Source: Alphaproteobacteria bacterium (GTDB taxonomy: Bacteria; Pseudomonadota; Alphaproteobacteria; SP197). From it: DNA of 64,000 nucleotides. The notes beneath the pieces are model-generated. The model saw nothing but the letters and a program-made list of their open reading frames with translations, made no database searches and had not been told where the DNA came from. Shown piece by piece: positions 61,339 to 64,000 of the stretch. Numbering within the stretch: the stretch's first letter is position 1; each line of letters begins with the position of its first letter. The translations under genes and the position numbers were made by a program. The DNA lies in NCBI GenBank assembly GCA_964291265.2, contig OZ219747.1, forward strand, positions 4,256,001 through 4,320,000. The letters run 5' to 3'.

Positions 61339-64000
61339 ATGGCGAGTCTCGGCCCGCTTGCTTTTGCCGTTCCCTGGGCCCTCGTTGCCCTTGTCGCGCT
61401 GCCGCTTCTGTGGTGGATGCTGAGGGTGGTGCCGCCGCGGCCGCAACGGGTGTCGCTGCCGACTGTCCGCTTCCTCTTCGGATTGAAGACCGATCGCCGG
61501 ACGGCCGAAACGACGCCATTGTGGCTGATCCTGCTCAGGATGTTCCTGGTCTCCCTGCTCGTTCTCGCCGTTGCCCACCCGATCATCACATGGAGTGGAC
61601 GATCCCTGGACGGTGGCGACATGCTTGTCGTCATCGACGACGGCTGGGCTGCCGGGAGAAAGTGGCCGGCGACGCTTGCCGCTCTGCAGGATCTCGTTGA
61701 CCTGGCCGACCGCGAAGACCGCTTGGTTGTCCTCCTGACCACGGCGCCCGCGACGGATGGCGCGCCTTTCCAGCACACGGGCCTGATGACACCGGACGAA
61801 GCTGCCGGCCGGGTTCTTGACCTCGCCCCCCGGCCCTGGCCAACCGACAGGCAGGGGGCAGCGGCGGCGCTCGTCGATCTCGAATCCATAGGGCATGTCT
61901 TCTGGCTGGCAGACGACATCGCAGACCCCGGTGACGTCGCTCTGGTCAAGGCTCTAGAGGCGCTGGGCGATCTCACGGTGATGACCGGGGCGGCACGGCC
62001 CGCCCTCCTCCTGCCCGAACCCGCGATCGAGAATGGCGAACTGGTGGTGGAGGCGCTGCGCAGCGATACGCCGGGCAACACGACTGCGTGGGTGGTGGCC
62101 GAGGATTCCGAGGGCCGCCTTCTGGCCCGTCTCGAGCTTGACTTCGCTTCCGGATCAGGAACGGCCAGAACGACCCTGGCGCTGCCGCTGGAAGTACGCA
62201 ACAGCATCTCCCGCCTCACCATCGAGAACGAGACAACCGCGGCGGCCGTGGCGTTGCTGGATCAGCGCTGGAAACGTCCGTCCGTCGGTCTCGTCGCCGG
62301 GGGCGACATCGAGGTACAGCATTCACTCCTGTCGCCGACCTACTTCCTGGCCCGGGCCCTGGAACGGGAAGCCGACATTCGCCAGGACACACTCGGCCGA
62401 ATGCTTGACAGACCACCGGCGGTGATCGTTCTGGCGGACATCGGCACTGTCGCAGCAACCATGCGTCCCCGCCTCGAGGACTGGATCGACGCGGGAGGCG
62501 TGCTGGTGCGGTTTGCCGGCCCAGCGTTCTCCAGGGAAAGCGACGATCTCCTGCCTGTCCCCCTGCGGGCACGCCAGAGGGCGCTGGGGGGAGCCATGAG
62601 CTGGAGCCGCCCCCAGAGAATTGCAGAATTCGACGCCGCCTCGCCCTTCTTCGGGCTGGAGACGTCTGCGGATGTTCTGGTCGACCGCCAGGTCCTTGCC
62701 GAACCAACGGTCGACCTCTCATCGAAGACCTGGGCGAGGCTGGAGGACGGCACGCCACTCGTGACCGCCGGCAGGCGTGGCGATGGCTGGCTCGTGCTGA
62801 TCCACACCACTGCCAACACGCAATGGACCAACCTCCCGCTGTCCGGTCTCTTTGCCGGCATGATCAGGCGCATTGCCTTGCTTGCCGAGGGGTCGAACGC
62901 CGGTCTCGATGACGTCGTGCTTCCCGCACTCATGACACTCGACGGCTTCGGCAACCCTGCCGTGCCGGGGCCGCATGCATCGGCCATCGCCGCCACGGAC
63001 ATCGCGGACATCTCTCCCGGGCCGCGCCATCCGCCTGGCATCTATGGCACCAACGACCTCGCACGTGCCGTGAACCTGGGTTCCCGCCTCGAGCCCCCTG
63101 CCCCCCTGACACTTCCCGACAGCGTCACCGTGACCGGCCTGACCGGAGCCGGGGATGTTGACCTGCGCCCCTTCCTCCTCGGTCTCGTTCTCCTGGTGGC
63201 ATTCCTCGAAATCGCATCGAGCATGGTGTTGCGCGGGATCATTCCGCCATTCGGGCGCCAGGCTGCGGCGGCCGTGGTTCTGATGATCATCGCCGCCACC
63301 GGCTCCACCACCGTGGCCGACGACATCCCCGCCGGAGTCCCGGACGCTGTTCTGGATGTCCGATTCGGCTACGTCAGCACGGGAGATCCCGGGGTCGACC
63401 GGACATCGAAATCCGGACTTTCCGGGTTGGGGGCGATTCTGACGGCGCGCACCTCCATCGAACCCGGTCTTCCTGTTGCCCTTTCGCTGGAGACCGACGA
63501 CCTTGTTCTTCACCCGTTGATCTACTGGCCCATCACCACCGGACAACCGGTGCCGTCGGCCGCTGCCCGGGCGAGGCTCGACACCTACCTGGCCACCGGC
63601 GGCATCCTCGTGGTCGACACGCGCGACGCCGACCGCAACCTCGCCGGGCTGTCGGGGGTCGGACCCAACGCGGCACGGCTTGCCGACATGCTGAGAGGGC
63701 TCAACATCCCGGCACTCATGCGCGTGGCGCCCGGTCACGTCCTTACCCAGTCATACTACCTGTTGCAGGACTTTCCGGGGCGCTGGGCAGGCGGTGCGAC
63801 ATGGGTGGAGCAACACCCCGGAGGTCTCAACGACGGAGTGTCATCCATCATCATCGGCAGCAACGACTGGGCCGGGGCCTGGGCTCTCAACAACCAGCTT
63901 CAGCCTCTCCACCCGGCGGTTCCCGGCGGTGAGCGCCAACGCGAATTGGCCTTCCGCTTCGGTGTCAATCTGGCGATGTACGCACTGACCGGCAACTACA
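61339..64000 (+). CDS. BatA N-terminal / DUF4159 domain membrane protein (3' partial)
   Basis: MASLGPLAFAVPW..LPLLWW..PPRP..TPLWLILLR start; ends AFRFGVNLAMYALTGNY at the window edge; absent from the ORF track because no stop is in the window. Confidence 0.85.
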   Translation, partial: MASLGPLAFAVPWALVALVALPLLWWMLRVVPPRPQRVSLPTVRFLFGLKTDRRTAETTPLWLILLRMFLVSLLVLAVAHPIITWSGRSLDGGDMLVVIDDGWAAGRKWPATLAALQDLVDLADREDRLVVLLTTAPATDGAPFQHTGLMTPDEAAGRVLDLAPRPWPTDRQGAAAALVDLESIGHVFWLADDIADPGDVALVKALEALGDLTVMTGAARPALLLPEPAIENGELVVEALRSDTPGNTTAWVVAEDSEGRLLARLELDFASGSGTARTTLALPLEVRNSISRLTIENETTAAAVALLDQRWKRPSVGLVAGGDIEVQHSLLSPTYFLARALEREADIRQDTLGRMLDRPPAVIVLADIGTVAATMRPRLEDWIDAGGVLVRFAGPAFSRESDDLLPVPLRARQRALGGAMSWSRPQRIAEFDAASPFFGLETSADVLVDRQVLAEPTVDLSSKTWARLEDGTPLVTAGRRGDGWLVLIHTTANTQWTNLPLSGLFAGMIRRIALLAEGSNAGLDDVVLPALMTLDGFGNPAVPGPHASAIAATDIADISPGPRHPPGIYGTNDLARAVNLGSRLEPPAPLTLPDSVTVTGLTGAGDVDLRPFLLGLVLLVAFLEIASSMVLRGIIPPFGRQAAAAVVLMIIAATGSTTVADDIPAGVPDAVLDVRFGYVSTGDPGVDRTSKSGLSGLGAILTARTSIEPGLPVALSLETDDLVLHPLIYWPITTGQPVPSAAARARLDTYLATGGILVVDTRDADRNLAGLSGVGPNAARLADMLRGLNIPALMRVAPGHVLTQSYYLLQDFPGRWAGGATWVEQHPGGLNDGVSSIIIGSNDWAGAWALNNQLQPLHPAVPGGERQRELAFRFGVNLAMYALTGNY

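Noticed and set aside
59444-64000. MoxR-DUF58-BatA/DUF4159 operon as a novel system
   Set aside because: Widespread conserved alphaproteobacterial operon in its usual DUF1285/Nudix/cca context.
1-64000. CRISPR array, rRNA, prophage or integrase genes
   Set aside because: No regularly spaced short repeats, rRNA-like sequence, phage structural genes or recombinase motifs seen.

Overview
GC-rich alphaproteobacterial chromosome segment; gene content and order look Rhodospirillales-like (inference). The backbone is ordinary: a GcvT-type dehydrogenase with a Dpp/Opp ABC transporter, gmk-yicC-mltG-fabF-acpP-fabG-fabD, rpsF-rpsR-rplI-cfa-dnaB-alr-mlaEF-cvpA-purF, der-bamB, guaBA, rlmE, tRNA-Gln, petABC, hemF, sco/PCuAC, cca and a MoxR/DUF58/BatA-DUF4159 operon. 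Five accessory elements stand out. (1) 1-2495 is the right part of an IS21-like element with IstB, a coupled toprim (primase-like) gene, a small protein, a ~347-bp duplication and a decayed, G-to-A-biased second toprim copy; it is inserted into an enolase-family gene. (2) An internally deleted TnpB remnant appears to keep its guide-RNA scaffold. (3) A 386-bp IS1634-derived MITE has clear TIRs and a 6-bp TSD. (4) A type I R-M operon carries an HTH/Zn-peptidase plus PIN-like (DUF4411) gene pair between hsdS and hsdR, the best candidate for an uncharacterised defence module. (5) A 123-bp tandem duplication covers the 3' part of tRNA-Gln and the 3' end of petC. All family calls come from motif recognition by eye, no searches were run, and several start codons are best guesses.
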